Shown: piece by piece, positions 8,730 through 18,059 of the stretch
Numbering within the stretch: position 1 is the stretch's first letter
Layout of the letters: each line of letters starts with the position of its first letter
Source: an uncultured Gemmatimonadales bacterium
Lineage (GTDB): Bacteria > Gemmatimonadota > Gemmatimonadetes > Longimicrobiales > Longimicrobiaceae
Assembly: GCA_963716255.1 (NCBI GenBank)
Contig: OY970303.1
Location: 1,376,001-1,440,000 of the forward strand
Direction: 5' to 3'
DNA: 64,000 nt
Made by a program: the position numbers and the translations under genes
The notes under the pieces: generated by a model
What the model saw: the letters and a program-made list of their open reading frames with translations, nothing else
Told to the model about the DNA's origin: nothing
Database searches by the model: none

Positions 8730-9695
8730 TCAGGCGGCCGGGGCCGCCGCGCGGGCCGGCAGGTGGTCGCGCCTCACCACCTCGGCGAGGGTGGTGAGGG
8801 GGATGGTGGGGTAGCGCCGGCCGCGCTCCGTGCCGTCGAACGCCATGCCGAAAGTGTCCATCACGACGCCCGCCTGGATCTGGCGGGCGAGGCCCGGATG
8901 GAACGGGCGCATCAGCACCGAGGCGAGCCGCATCACCGGGAGCGGCACGTGGCGCGTCGTGCCGCGCCTGCCCGTTTCCCGCTCGAACGTCGCGACGACT
9001 TCGCGGAAGGTGAGGTTCTCCGGCCCGCCGACGTCCACCGTGGCGCCGCGCATGGCCGGGTCCGTGACCGCCAGCTCCACGAACGCCGCGACGTCGTGCG
9101 CCGACACGAAGTTGAGCGGGTTCCGTCCGCGCCCGAAGAGGGTCGTCTTCCCGGTCCTGAGCAGCGGCTCGCCCACCAGCATCGCCCACGTCTCCATGAA
9201 GGCGCTCGCACGCAGGATGGTCCACGCCAGCCCGCTGGCCCTGAGGGCCTCCTCGGCGCGCAGCTTCATGCGGTACAGCTCCATGGGGTGGTCGGCCGCC
9301 GCGCCCTGCGCCGACAGGAGCACCACGTGCTCGGCGCCCGCCGCGGCGGCGGCACGGACCAGGTTGAGGTTGCCGCGCCAGTCCACCGCCTGAGGGCCGG
9401 CCGCGTCCGGCCCGACGAACCCATGCACTGCCGAGACCACGGTGCGGACGCCCGCGGCCGCCCGGGCCACCGCCTCCGGGTCCCGCACGTCGCCCACCGC
9501 GATCTCCACCCCGGCGCTCTCCAGAGGCCGGGCGCGGGCGGGGTCGCGCGTGAGCACGCGGACCCGCAGCCCGCGCGCCGCGAGCCGGGCGACGACCTGC
9601 CGCCCGAGCGTGCCCGTGCCTCCCGCGACGAGGACCACCGGTGCGTCGGCGGGCGCGTCCGGCAGCGCCGCGGGGCCTGCGCCGGTTTCTGGCAT
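8730..9695 (-). CDS. Atypical SDR / NAD(P)H-binding (NmrA-like) oxidoreductase
   Basis: VLVAGGTGTLG Rossmann motif; WTILRASAF, FVSAHDVA, VGGPENLT. Confidence 0.88.
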   Translation of the reverse strand: MPETGAGPAALPDAPADAPVVLVAGGTGTLGRQVVARLAARGLRVRVLTRDPARARPLESAGVEIAVGDVRDPEAVARAAAGVRTVVSAVHGFVGPDAAGPQAVDWRGNLNLVRAAAAAGAEHVVLLSAQGAAADHPMELYRMKLRAEEALRASGLAWTILRASAFMETWAMLVGEPLLRTGKTTLFGRGRNPLNFVSAHDVAAFVELAVTDPAMRGATVDVGGPENLTFREVVATFERETGRRGTTRHVPLPVMRLASVLMRPFHPGLARQIQAGVVMDTFGMAFDGTERGRRYPTIPLTTLAEVVRRDHLPARAAAPAA

Positions 9696-10079
9696 GCGGG
9701 TCTCCTGGGCGCGGCCGCGCCGGATCAGGGGAAGGACGGCGTGGGAAGGGAACGCGAAACGGGAAGCGGCGCTCCTCCGCCGCGGACGTGCGGAACGCCG
9801 TCCCGCACGATGCGGCCGGGAGCATCGCGGGGCAAGCTTCGCGGCGGCGCCGCTGGACGCGCCGGTCGCCCGCGGCCTTTCCACCTGGGAGGCGGCGGCA
9901 CGACGGGCGCGTGCTTTCTCCGCCTGAGACCGCCTGTGTCGACGCACGTAAGAGCTAGGGAGAGCACTGCAGGAGACGGAGGGCCTGCCGTCTTCGACCA
10001 CGGATTTGAGGATCCGTGGCCCCTTGCCCCTCCCTCGCTGGAATCCGGGGCGGAGCCGGCGCACGCCGCCCCGCCTCCC

Positions 10080-10742
10080 TCAGCGCCGCTTCTCCATGCT
10101 GTAGGCGGTGAACTCGATGGGCGTGCGGTCCGGCTCGCTCCGGTACAGCCGCAGCAGGTCCCGGCGGCGCTCCAGCTCCGGCGCGTCCACCCCGGGCTGC
10201 TCGATGAGCCGGCACAGGTCCGCCTCCACCCCCTCCCGCGTGTCGTTCCTGAAGCACAGCAGCGTCAGGCCGCTGAACGGGAACCGGTCGAAGTTCGCCA
10301 CCAGCCAGTCGCGCAGCGCCGGGCCGTGGCGCATGTGGAACATGATGGTCCGGTCGATCCCGCGCACCGGGTACTGCGGGAACGCCGCCGAGTGCATCAG
10401 CGCCGAGGCGAAGTTGTTGAGGATCAGCTCCGCCATGGCCCGCACCTCGTCCGGCGACGCCGCGTCGCCGGGCCGCCACACCGCGTCCTCGTAGAAGTAC
10501 GGCCGCAGGTAGGGGCGCTCGACGAAGAGCCGCACGTGCTCCGACGTTTCCGTGATCGCCCGCTGGATCAGCTGCAGGTCCGGCTGCTGCTTGGCGATCT
10601 CCAGGTGCCGCACCGCCGTCTCGATCTGCTCCTTGGCGATGTGCAGCTGCCGGGTGAACACCGAGAAGTTGAGCAGACCCACCCCCACCAGCAGCAGCGT
10701 CCCGAGGATGCCCAGCACTCCGATCCACGCTTCGATCGACAT
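10080..10742 (-). CDS. Hypothetical protein with an N-terminal TM helix
   Basis: MSIEAWIGVLGILGTLLLVGVGLL; coding-like codon bias; GGAG RBS. Confidence 0.7.
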   Translation of the reverse strand: MSIEAWIGVLGILGTLLLVGVGLLNFSVFTRQLHIAKEQIETAVRHLEIAKQQPDLQLIQRAITETSEHVRLFVERPYLRPYFYEDAVWRPGDAASPDEVRAMAELILNNFASALMHSAAFPQYPVRGIDRTIMFHMRHGPALRDWLVANFDRFPFSGLTLLCFRNDTREGVEADLCRLIEQPGVDAPELERRRDLLRLYRSEPDRTPIEFTAYSMEKRR

Positions 10743-10969
10743 CTCCGTATCCGCCTCCGGCGGTCCCGCGCGGGGCCGCCTCCGTCCGTGAAAGAAAAAG
10801 TCCGCGGCGGCGCACCGGGCGCCGCCGCGGGGTCCAGCCCGACTCCGGAGTCGTGACGTACCTCCCAGGACAGCGTGGGTTCCGCCCCGCTGGTACGACA
10901 ATCGCGGCTCGTCCGCCCTCCGCCGGGACCGGGACCGCGGGCAACCGTCAGGGAACACGGAGGGGGAAG

Positions 10970-11755
10970 ATGCAGCTTCGGGACAGGGTCGCGCTCGTGA
11001 CCGGCGCGGGGTCGGGGATCGGCAAGGCCAGCGCCGTGCTCCTGGCGAAGGAGGGCGCCAGGGTCGCCGCGCTCAGCCGCACCCGCGAGGAGCTGGAAAA
11101 GACCGTGAAGGAGATCGAGGACGCAGGCGGCGAGGGGCTGGTGGTGGTCGCCGACACCTCGAAGCCCGGGGAGGTGGAGGACGCAGTCCGCCAGGTGACG
11201 GACCGGTGGGGGCGGCTGGACATCGTCTTCGCCAACGCGGGCGTCAACGGCGTGTGGGCGCCCATCGAGGAGCTGGAGGTGGACGAGTGGCGGCAGACCG
11301 TCGACATCAACCTCACCGGCACCTTCCTGACGCTCAAGTACTCCATGCCGCACCTCAAGGAGCGCGGCGGCTCCGTCATCGTCAACGCCTCGGTGAACGG
11401 CACCCGCGTCTTCAGCAACTCCGGCGCGACCGCGTACGCAAGCACCAAGGCGGCGCAGGTGGCCATGACCAAGATGCTGGCGCTGGAGGTGGCGCGCCAC
11501 AGGGTGCGCGTCAACGTGATCTGCCCGGGCGCCATCGACACCGAGATCGGCGACAACACCGAGCGGCGCGACCTGGACGGGATCGGCGTGCCGCAGGAAT
11601 TCCCCGAGGGGCCGCACCCCCTCGCGGGCAAGCCGGGGAGTTCGCAGGAGGTGGCACAGCTAGTGCTGTTCCTGGCCTCCGATGCCTCCCGCCACGTCAC
11701 CGGCACGGAGATCTGGATCGACGGCGGGGAGTCGCTGCTCGGGCTCAAGGGGTGA
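10970..11755 (+). CDS. SDR family NAD(P)-dependent oxidoreductase
   Basis: TGAGSGIG, NAG, YASTK (YxxxK), VNVICPG. Confidence 0.95.
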   Translation: MQLRDRVALVTGAGSGIGKASAVLLAKEGARVAALSRTREELEKTVKEIEDAGGEGLVVVADTSKPGEVEDAVRQVTDRWGRLDIVFANAGVNGVWAPIEELEVDEWRQTVDINLTGTFLTLKYSMPHLKERGGSVIVNASVNGTRVFSNSGATAYASTKAAQVAMTKMLALEVARHRVRVNVICPGAIDTEIGDNTERRDLDGIGVPQEFPEGPHPLAGKPGSSQEVAQLVLFLASDASRHVTGTEIWIDGGESLLGLKG

Positions 11756-11795
11756 GGGATCCCCCGCCACCGCACCTCACGGACGGAGCCACGCC

Positions 11796-12170
11796 ATGAA
11801 GCTCGACGACCTGATCCACCCCGGCCCCGTCAACGTGAGCAGCACGGAGCGCTGGGTCTCCGTCGCGGGCGGCGCGGCGCTGGCCGCGGGCGGCCTCGCG
11901 CGGCGCTCGCCGGGCGGCGTGCTCCTGGCGCTCCTGGGCGCTGCGCTGGTGCACCGCGGCGCCACCGGGCACTGCGCGGTGTACCGGGCCGCGGGGATGG
12001 ATACCTCGGAGTCGGCCACCGGGTGGAGCGCCGTCGACGGCGGCGAAGCGGCGGCCGGGCGCGACGCCTTCGACATCGTGGACGAGGAGGGCGACGAATC
12101 GTTCCCCGCCAGCGACCCGCCGTCGTGGAGCGGGACCACGGCGGGCTCGCCGCAGCACCCGGGCGCGTGA
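11796..12170 (+). CDS. YgaP/DUF2892 membrane protein with an SFPASDPP tail
   Basis: NVSSTERWVS..RGATGHCAVYRAAGMDT; DESFPASDPPSW. Confidence 0.8.
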   Translation: MKLDDLIHPGPVNVSSTERWVSVAGGAALAAGGLARRSPGGVLLALLGAALVHRGATGHCAVYRAAGMDTSESATGWSAVDGGEAAAGRDAFDIVDEEGDESFPASDPPSWSGTTAGSPQHPGA

Positions 12171-12210
12171 CGCGCGCCGCCCTGGACCATCGACCGGAGC
12201 GATCACCCAC

Positions 12211-12618
12211 GTGAAGATCCTGCTCGTAGCGGAGGACCGGATCCGGCTGGAGGGGAAGGCGGGGCCCATGACCATCGAGGCCGACTCGCCGGAGATGCAG
12301 TACTCCCCCTTCCACATGCTGGCCAGCAGCCTGGCGACCTGCACCCACTCGGTGCTGGCGTCGTGGGCCACCAACGCCAAGCTCCCCGTGGACGACCTGG
12401 CGGTGGAGGTGGGGTGGAGCTTCGTGGAGGAGCCGCACCGCGTGGGGAGCATGCAGGTGCACGTCGACTGGGCCTCGCTCCCCGAGGCGCGGCGCGCGGC
12501 GGCGGAGCGGGTCGCGGCGCTGTGCACCGTCAAGAAGACGCTGGAGCAGCCGCCCACGGTGTCCACCACGGTCGCGACGTCCGCCGCGGCCGCCGCCGCA
12601 CCCACGGGGTCCGCGTGA
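12211..12618 (+). CDS. OsmC family protein
   Basis: SPFHMLASSLATC...CTVKKTL (two conserved Cys). Confidence 0.8.
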   Translation: MKILLVAEDRIRLEGKAGPMTIEADSPEMQYSPFHMLASSLATCTHSVLASWATNAKLPVDDLAVEVGWSFVEEPHRVGSMQVHVDWASLPEARRAAAERVAALCTVKKTLEQPPTVSTTVATSAAAAAAPTGSA

Positions 12619-13073
12619 GCTTCCCGGTGGTGCACTTCGTCTACGGCGGGCAGCAGGCATCCGCCGCGGCGGGGACGGGGCGCCCGTACACCGTGGTGTA
12701 CGACGGCGTCTGCAAGGTGTGCGGCCGGCTGGTGGCGCTGCTGCGCAGGTGGGACACACGGGGGATGCTGGAGATCGTCCCCTTCCAGAACACCTCGGTG
12801 CTGGACCGCTTCCCCTGGATCCCCCCGGAGGCCTACGCCGAGGCGGTGCAGCTGGTGGGGCCGGGCGGGCGGACCTGGCAGGGCGCCGGCGCCATCGAGC
12901 AGCTGCTGGAGGTGCTGCCGCGCGGCGGGCTGCTGGGGTGGGTGTTCAGCGTGCCCTTCGTGGGCGGGCTGATCGACCGGTTCTACCGCTGGTTCGCCCG
13001 GAACCGCTACCACTTCGGCTGCGGCGAGCACTGTGCTTCGCGTCCTCTGAAGGTGGATTTCGGCGACGGCTGA
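12615..13073 (+). CDS. DCC1-like thiol-disulfide oxidoreductase (DUF393)
   Basis: VVYDGVCKVC...YRWFARNRY; GTGA overlap with osmC-like gene. Confidence 0.88.
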   Translation: MSFPVVHFVYGGQQASAAAGTGRPYTVVYDGVCKVCGRLVALLRRWDTRGMLEIVPFQNTSVLDRFPWIPPEAYAEAVQLVGPGGRTWQGAGAIEQLLEVLPRGGLLGWVFSVPFVGGLIDRFYRWFARNRYHFGCGEHCASRPLKVDFGDG

Positions 13074-13166
13074 GGGGCGGCGGGACGGCGTTCGTGGCGG
13101 AGCGGGGTCGAGTGCGTCTCGGCTCCGCTTTTTCGTTCGGCGACGGAAAAGCTTGGCGAACGGCGG

Positions 13167-13422
13167 GGTTCGGGCGTGCCCCCGGCTGGCGCCGGGGTCG
13201 GGCTTCGGCTCCGTAGCAAACGATACTACCGTTTGCAACGGAGTCGAGCCCCCGCGGAAACAGCCCCGCGGGGTCTCGCCCCTTCGGGCCGTAATCCCTC
13301 ACGCAACCGCTTGCCCACACTCAGGATCCAGCAGTTGCCACCTATCCCGGAATGGCGCTTCACGCTTCGCGTGAACCGGATGAAGGGAGAGGGTGGCGGC
13401 TCGGAGGCCGCCGGGTGAGGGC
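13167..13422 (+). repeat. Dispersed repeat family A, copy 1 (core 13167-13303) with extension through modules D and C
   Basis: ggttcgggcgtgcccccggctggcgccggggtcgggcttcggctccgt...atccctcacg; whole composite repeated at 52239-52492. Confidence 0.92.
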
Positions 13423-13533
13423 CAGCCGCGCCGCCACCGGCGCGGGCGGCGAGCCCCGATGTAATTTCCGGCCTCGGCCGGCTACCAATCCATTCGAGCG
13501 ACCTACGCACCCCCCGATCCGCCCGGGAGCCGA

Positions 13534-14009
13534 GTGACCGACGAGGAGACGCTGCTCGCCATGCTCACGACCCACGGGGCCGCCCTGCGGCGGATCGCGC
13601 GGGTCCATGCCGGCGCCCACGGCGAGGAGGACGACCTCCACCAGGAGATCCTCCTCCAGCTCTGGCGGGGGCTCCCCGCGTTCCGGGGCGACTCGGCGCC
13701 GGGGACCTGGCTGTACCGGGTGGCCCTCAACACCGCCCTGACCTGGCGCCGCCGGACCACCCGCCGCGTCCGCGACGACGCGGCGGGGGGGACCGCCCGG
13801 CGGCGAGCACCGGCGCGCCGCGCAGCGAGGAAGCGATCCTCGCCGAATTCCTGGGCTCGCTGGGGGCCGCCGACCGCTCGGTACTCCTCCTCCACATGGA
13901 GGGGCTCCCGTACCCGGAGATCGCGGAAGTGGTGGGATCGAGCGCGGGCGCGGTGGGCGTGCGCCTGCACCGCATCAAGAAGACGTTCACGAAGCGCTAC
14001 GTGGAGTGA
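13534..14009 (+). pseudogene. ECF RNA polymerase sigma factor, frameshifted at a G7 tract (13785-13791)
   Basis: Region 2 (DDLHQEILLQLWRGLPAFRGDSAPGTWLYRVALN) in one frame; region 4 (DRSVLLLHMEGLPYPEIAEVVGSSAGAVGVRLHRIKK*) in the -1 frame ending TGA 14007-14009. Confidence 0.85.
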
Positions 14010-14016
14010 CGGGCCC

Positions 14017-14646
14017 ATGAACTTCGACCAGCTGGGAGAGGTCTGGCGGCGGGAGGCCGGCGGACCGCCCGCGCGGAGCCCGGCGGAGGAGGTGGCGGCC
14101 GTGCGCGCCAGGGCCGCGGAGCTCGCTCGCGTCGTGCGCCGCAGGGACCTCCTGGAGACCGGGACGGCGCTCGCCATGCTCCCGCTCTTCGCCTGGAGGG
14201 CGGCGACGGCGCAGGACCCGCTCTCCGCCGTTGGAGCGGCGATCATCGCCGCGGCGTGCATGCTCATCCCCGTCCGGCTGTGGGCGGCCCGGCGCGGCGA
14301 CCCCGATCCCGCACGGCCGGTGGCGCTGGCCCTCCGGGCCGAGCTGGCCCGCATCCGCGCCCAGGAGCGCCTGCTGGGGAGCGTGGCGTGGTGGTACGTG
14401 GGACCCATCGCCCTCGGCCTCCTCCTGTCCACGGCCGGCGGCTCCGGGCCTCCGCTCTTCAGGGCCGCGTACGCCGCGTCGGTCGTGGCGCTCTCCGCGT
14501 GGGTCCTCCGCCTGAACCGGCGCGCCGCGCGCGAAGAGCTCGGGCCGGTGGCGGAGGAGCTGGAAGGCTGGCTCGCGAGCCTCGACGAAACCCTTTCCGA
14601 TGAACCCGATGAAACGCTTTCCGATGGAGCGTCCGATGCGCACTGA
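14017..14646 (+). CDS. Membrane protein, probable anti-sigma factor
   Basis: MNFDQLGEVWRR, about 4 TM segments, RAQERLLGSVAWWYVGP; directly follows the ECF sigma gene. Confidence 0.75.
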   Translation: MNFDQLGEVWRREAGGPPARSPAEEVAAVRARAAELARVVRRRDLLETGTALAMLPLFAWRAATAQDPLSAVGAAIIAAACMLIPVRLWAARRGDPDPARPVALALRAELARIRAQERLLGSVAWWYVGPIALGLLLSTAGGSGPPLFRAAYAASVVALSAWVLRLNRRAAREELGPVAEELEGWLASLDETLSDEPDETLSDGASDAH

Positions 14647-15757
14647 CCGCCGGACCGTCCTCGCGGCCGTGACGTGCCTCCTCCTCGCCGCGGCGGCTCC
14701 CGCGTCCCTCGCGGCCCAGTGGACCGCGCCGCCGGACGACAGCATCGCCCGCGTCCTGGACGGGCGCATCGAGCGCGGCGGCGCGGTGGGGCTCGTGGTG
14801 GGCGTCGTGGAGAACGGCCGGCCGCGGGTGGTCGCCGCGGGGCGGCGCGGCGGCGAGGGGTCGCCCGCGCCGGACGGGCGGACGGTGTTCGAGATCGGCT
14901 CGGTGTCCAAGCTCTTCACCACGACGCTGCTCGCCGAGATGGTGGCGCGCGGCGAGGTGGCGCTGGACGACCCGGTCCGCAGGTTCCTCCCCGACTCGGT
15001 GCGCGTTCCCTCGCGCGGCGGCCGGGAGATCACGCTGCTCGACCTGGCGACCGCCACGTCGGGGCTGCCGCGGCTTCCGCTCAACCTCCGCCCGGCGAAC
15101 CCCGCCGACCCGTACGCCGACTACGGGGAGAGCCAGCTCTACGCCTTCCTCGCCGGCTACACCCTGCCCCGGGATCCCGGCGCGGCCTACGAGTACTCCA
15201 ACCTGGGAATGGGTCTCCTGGGCCACGTGCTCGCCCTGCGGGCCGGAAAGCCGTACGAGGAGCTCGTCGCCGAGCGCATCCTGCTGCCGCTGGGCATGCG
15301 CGACACCCGCGTCGTGCCGACCCCGTCCATGCGGGGTCGGCTCGCCGCCGGCCACCGCGCCGACCTGGCGCCGGTGGGCGGCTGGAGCTTCGCGGTGCTG
15401 GCGGGCGCCGGCGGGTGGCGCTCCACCGCGGACGACATGCTGCGCTTCCTGGCCGCCCAGCTCACGCCTCCGCCCGGCCCGCTCGGCCGCGCGCTCGCCA
15501 TGGCGAGGGAGCCGCGGCGTCCCACGACGAGCCCGGAGCTGCGGATCGGACTCGGCTGGCACGTGGTGGAGCGCGACGGGCGGAGCATCGCCTGGCACAA
15601 CGGCCAGACGGCGGGCTACTACGCCTTCACCGCGCTCGATCCCGCGAGCGGAGCCAGCGTGGTCGTGCTTTCCAACACCTCCGCCGCCGTCGACGACATC
15701 GGTGGCCGCCTGCTCGCCCCGGCGCTTCCGGTGGGGAACACGCCGAAGCGGCCGTGA
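14636..15757 (+). CDS. Secreted serine hydrolase (beta-lactamase/AmpC-like family)
   Basis: Signal peptide; FEIGSVSK (SxxK), YEYSN (YxN), WHNGQTAG. Confidence 0.92.
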   Translation: MRTDRRTVLAAVTCLLLAAAAPASLAAQWTAPPDDSIARVLDGRIERGGAVGLVVGVVENGRPRVVAAGRRGGEGSPAPDGRTVFEIGSVSKLFTTTLLAEMVARGEVALDDPVRRFLPDSVRVPSRGGREITLLDLATATSGLPRLPLNLRPANPADPYADYGESQLYAFLAGYTLPRDPGAAYEYSNLGMGLLGHVLALRAGKPYEELVAERILLPLGMRDTRVVPTPSMRGRLAAGHRADLAPVGGWSFAVLAGAGGWRSTADDMLRFLAAQLTPPPGPLGRALAMAREPRRPTTSPELRIGLGWHVVERDGRSIAWHNGQTAGYYAFTALDPASGASVVVLSNTSAAVDDIGGRLLAPALPVGNTPKRP

Positions 15758-15794
15758 CGGAACGGCTGCCGGCACCGCGCCGCCGGCAGCCAGC

Positions 15795-15836
15795 ATTCTA
15801 CAAACGTTCCGCAGAGCTGATGTTCGGGTTATATTC
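15795..15836 (+). promoter_or_regulatory. Two RTTC-N7-RTTC direct-repeat sites (candidate LexA/SOS boxes)
   Basis: ATTC-tacaaac-GTTC (15795-15809) and GTTC-gggttat-ATTC (15822-15836), upstream of a DNA-repair operon. Confidence 0.5.
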
Positions 15837-15862
15837 GGCGGCACCCGAGCGCAAGGAGCGGC

Positions 15863-17122
15863 ATGACGGAGCTGCGAGCCAAGCTGTCCATCCTCGCCGA
15901 CGCGGCCAAGTACGACGCGTCGTGCGCCAGCAGCGGGTCGAGCCGCAAGCGCGCCGCCGGGCCCCGGGGGATGGGGAACACCGAGGGGATGGGGATCTGC
16001 CACTCCTACACGCCGGACGGGCGCTGCGTCTCGCTGCTCAAGGTGCTCCTCACCAACGTCTGCATCTACGACTGCGCGTACTGCATCAACCGCAGCTCCA
16101 GCAGCGTGCGCCGGGCGCGCTTCAAGGTGGACGAGCTGGTGCGGGTGGTGCTGGAGTTCTACCGCCGCAACTACATCGAGGGGCTGTTCCTGAGCTCGGG
16201 GATCATCCGCAGCCCCGACTACACCATGGAGCAGCTGGTGGCGGTGGCGCGCACCCTGCGCGAGGAGCACCACTTCCACGGCTACATCCATCTCAAGACC
16301 ATCCCCAACGCGGCGCCGGAGCTGATCGAGCAGGCCGGGCGCTGGGCCGACCGCCTGAGCGTCAACGTGGAGCTTCCCACGCAGGAAGGGCTGGACCGCC
16401 TGGCGCCGGACAAGAAGCTGGTGCAGATCACCGGGGCGATGGACCGGCTGAAGACGGGGATCGACGGGGCCAGGGAGGAGCGGAAGCGCTCGGCCCGCGC
16501 GCCGCTCTTCGCGCCGGCCGGGCAGAGCACGCAGATGATCGTGGGCGCCACCGACGCGTCGGACGCCGTGATCCTGACCGCGGCCTCCACGCTGTACCAC
16601 AGGCAGGGGCTGCGGCGGGTGTACTACTCCGGCTTCTCGCCCATCCCCGACGCCAGCGCGGTGCTCCCCTCGGCGCGGGCGCCGCTGGTGCGCGAGCACC
16701 GGCTGTACCAGGCGGACTGGCTGATGCGCTTCTACGGCTTCGACGCCGCGGAGGTGGCGCCCGCGAGCGCGCCCCACCTGGACCTGGAGCTGGACCCGAA
16801 GACCGCCTGGGCGCTGCGCAACCGCGACCGCTTTCCGGTGGACCTGAACGCCGCCCCCCGCGAGGCGCTGCTTCGCGTCCCCGGCATCGGGGTGCGCAAC
16901 GTCAAGCGCATCCTGGAGATCCGCGCCTGGCACCGGATCCGCCTGGAGGACCTGGCGCGCCTCGGCGTGTCGCTGCGCAGGACCATGCCCTTCGTCACCA
17001 CGGCCGACCACACCCCGCGGGCGGCGCTGGACGCCGGCGACCTGCGCGACCGGCTCTTCCCGCAGCGCGCGCAGGTGGACCTGTTCGCCAGCGCGGCGCT
17101 CGCCGCGACGGGAGAGCTGTGA
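15863..17122 (+). CDS. Putative DNA modification/repair radical SAM protein (TIGR03916-type)
   Basis: KLSILADAAKYDASCASSG, GICHSYTPDGRCVSLLK, CIYDCAYC, REHRLYQADWLMRFYGF, HhH LLRVPGIG. Confidence 0.95.
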   Translation: MTELRAKLSILADAAKYDASCASSGSSRKRAAGPRGMGNTEGMGICHSYTPDGRCVSLLKVLLTNVCIYDCAYCINRSSSSVRRARFKVDELVRVVLEFYRRNYIEGLFLSSGIIRSPDYTMEQLVAVARTLREEHHFHGYIHLKTIPNAAPELIEQAGRWADRLSVNVELPTQEGLDRLAPDKKLVQITGAMDRLKTGIDGAREERKRSARAPLFAPAGQSTQMIVGATDASDAVILTAASTLYHRQGLRRVYYSGFSPIPDASAVLPSARAPLVREHRLYQADWLMRFYGFDAAEVAPASAPHLDLELDPKTAWALRNRDRFPVDLNAAPREALLRVPGIGVRNVKRILEIRAWHRIRLEDLARLGVSLRRTMPFVTTADHTPRAALDAGDLRDRLFPQRAQVDLFASAALAATGEL

Positions 17123-17940
17123 GGCGCGCCCCCTTCGACGGCACGCTCGCCGGCTGGCGCGAGGCGGCGCGCGCGCTGCTCGCCGCGGCGGTGCCGCCGC
17201 AGGACGTGCTGTGGAGCGCGGAGGGCGAGGCGCCGCTGCTGGACGGGCTGGACGCGGCCCCGGCCGGGGCCTCCGCGGGGGAGGGGCCGCAGGCCCGTGT
17301 GCCGCGCGCGCTGCTGGAGCTGGTGGAGGCGGCGGCGTGCTTCCGCGACCCGGAGCGCTGGGCGCTCTTCTACCGGTTGGTGTGGCGCGTCACGCACGGC
17401 GAGCGGCACCTGCTCCAGGTGGCGAGCGACCCGGACGTGCACCGGCTGCTGCGCATGGAAAAGGCGGTCCGCCGCGAGATCCACAAGATGCACGCGTTCG
17501 TGCGCTTCCGCGCCGTCGGCGGCGAGGACGGGGCCGAGCCCTGCTACGTCGCCTGGTTCGAGCCGGAGCACCCCGTGGTGGAGCGCGCCACGCCGTTCTT
17601 CGCGCGGCGCTTCGCGGCCATGCGCTGGTCCATCCTAACCCCGGAGCGCTGCGCGCACTGGGACGGCGAGGCGCTGGCCTTCACCCCGGGGCTGCCGCGC
17701 TCCGCCGCCCCGGACGCGGACGCGCTGGAGGAGCTGTGGCGCACCTACTACGCGCACACCTTCAACCCCGCCCGCCTGCGCCCCTCGGCCATGCGCGCGG
17801 AGATGCCCAAGCGCTACTGGCGCAACCTCCCCGAGGCCGCGCTGATCCCGGAGCTGGTGCACGGCGCCCCCGGCCGCGTCCGCCGCATGATCGAGGCGGC
17901 GGACCCTGCCGCCGCGGACGGAGCCCGTCCGGCGGGCTGA
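17119..17940 (+). CDS. TIGR03915-type putative DNA repair protein (DUF4130)
   Basis: KAVRREIHKMHAFVRF, WFEPEH, FFARRFAAMRWSILTP, LWRTYYAHTFNPARL, EMPKRYWRNLPE; GTGA overlap. Confidence 0.92.
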   Translation: MRRAPFDGTLAGWREAARALLAAAVPPQDVLWSAEGEAPLLDGLDAAPAGASAGEGPQARVPRALLELVEAAACFRDPERWALFYRLVWRVTHGERHLLQVASDPDVHRLLRMEKAVRREIHKMHAFVRFRAVGGEDGAEPCYVAWFEPEHPVVERATPFFARRFAAMRWSILTPERCAHWDGEALAFTPGLPRSAAPDADALEELWRTYYAHTFNPARLRPSAMRAEMPKRYWRNLPEAALIPELVHGAPGRVRRMIEAADPAAADGARPAG

Positions 17941-18059
17941 GCGTCCGGGCACACGCGACGGTTGCGGTCCACGGCACCACCTATTAGCGTGGCATGCATT
18001 GGCGCACACGGCGCCTGAGCCGGGCCCCGCCCGACCCGACCCCGAGACTGGAGATCCCC

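Noticed and set aside
13167..13303. Family A as a classical MITE or IS remnant
   Set aside because: No terminal inverted repeats or target-site duplications evident, and no transposase in the window; mobility by another route remains possible
12946..13418. Recurring short ORFs containing GRDP..GSTPL..TEPKPDPGASRGHAR or YGAEARPRRQPG (also near 18.5, 25, 41.5, 52.2, 56.5 and 58 kb)
   Set aside because: They are translations of the non-coding family A repeat in several frames, with inconsistent starts/stops and no RBS
14636..15757. Calling the two serine hydrolases (also 38714-40006) antibiotic-resistance beta-lactamases
   Set aside because: SxxK/YxN-type motifs are shared with esterases and peptidases; the third motif is HNG, not KTG; activity cannot be inferred
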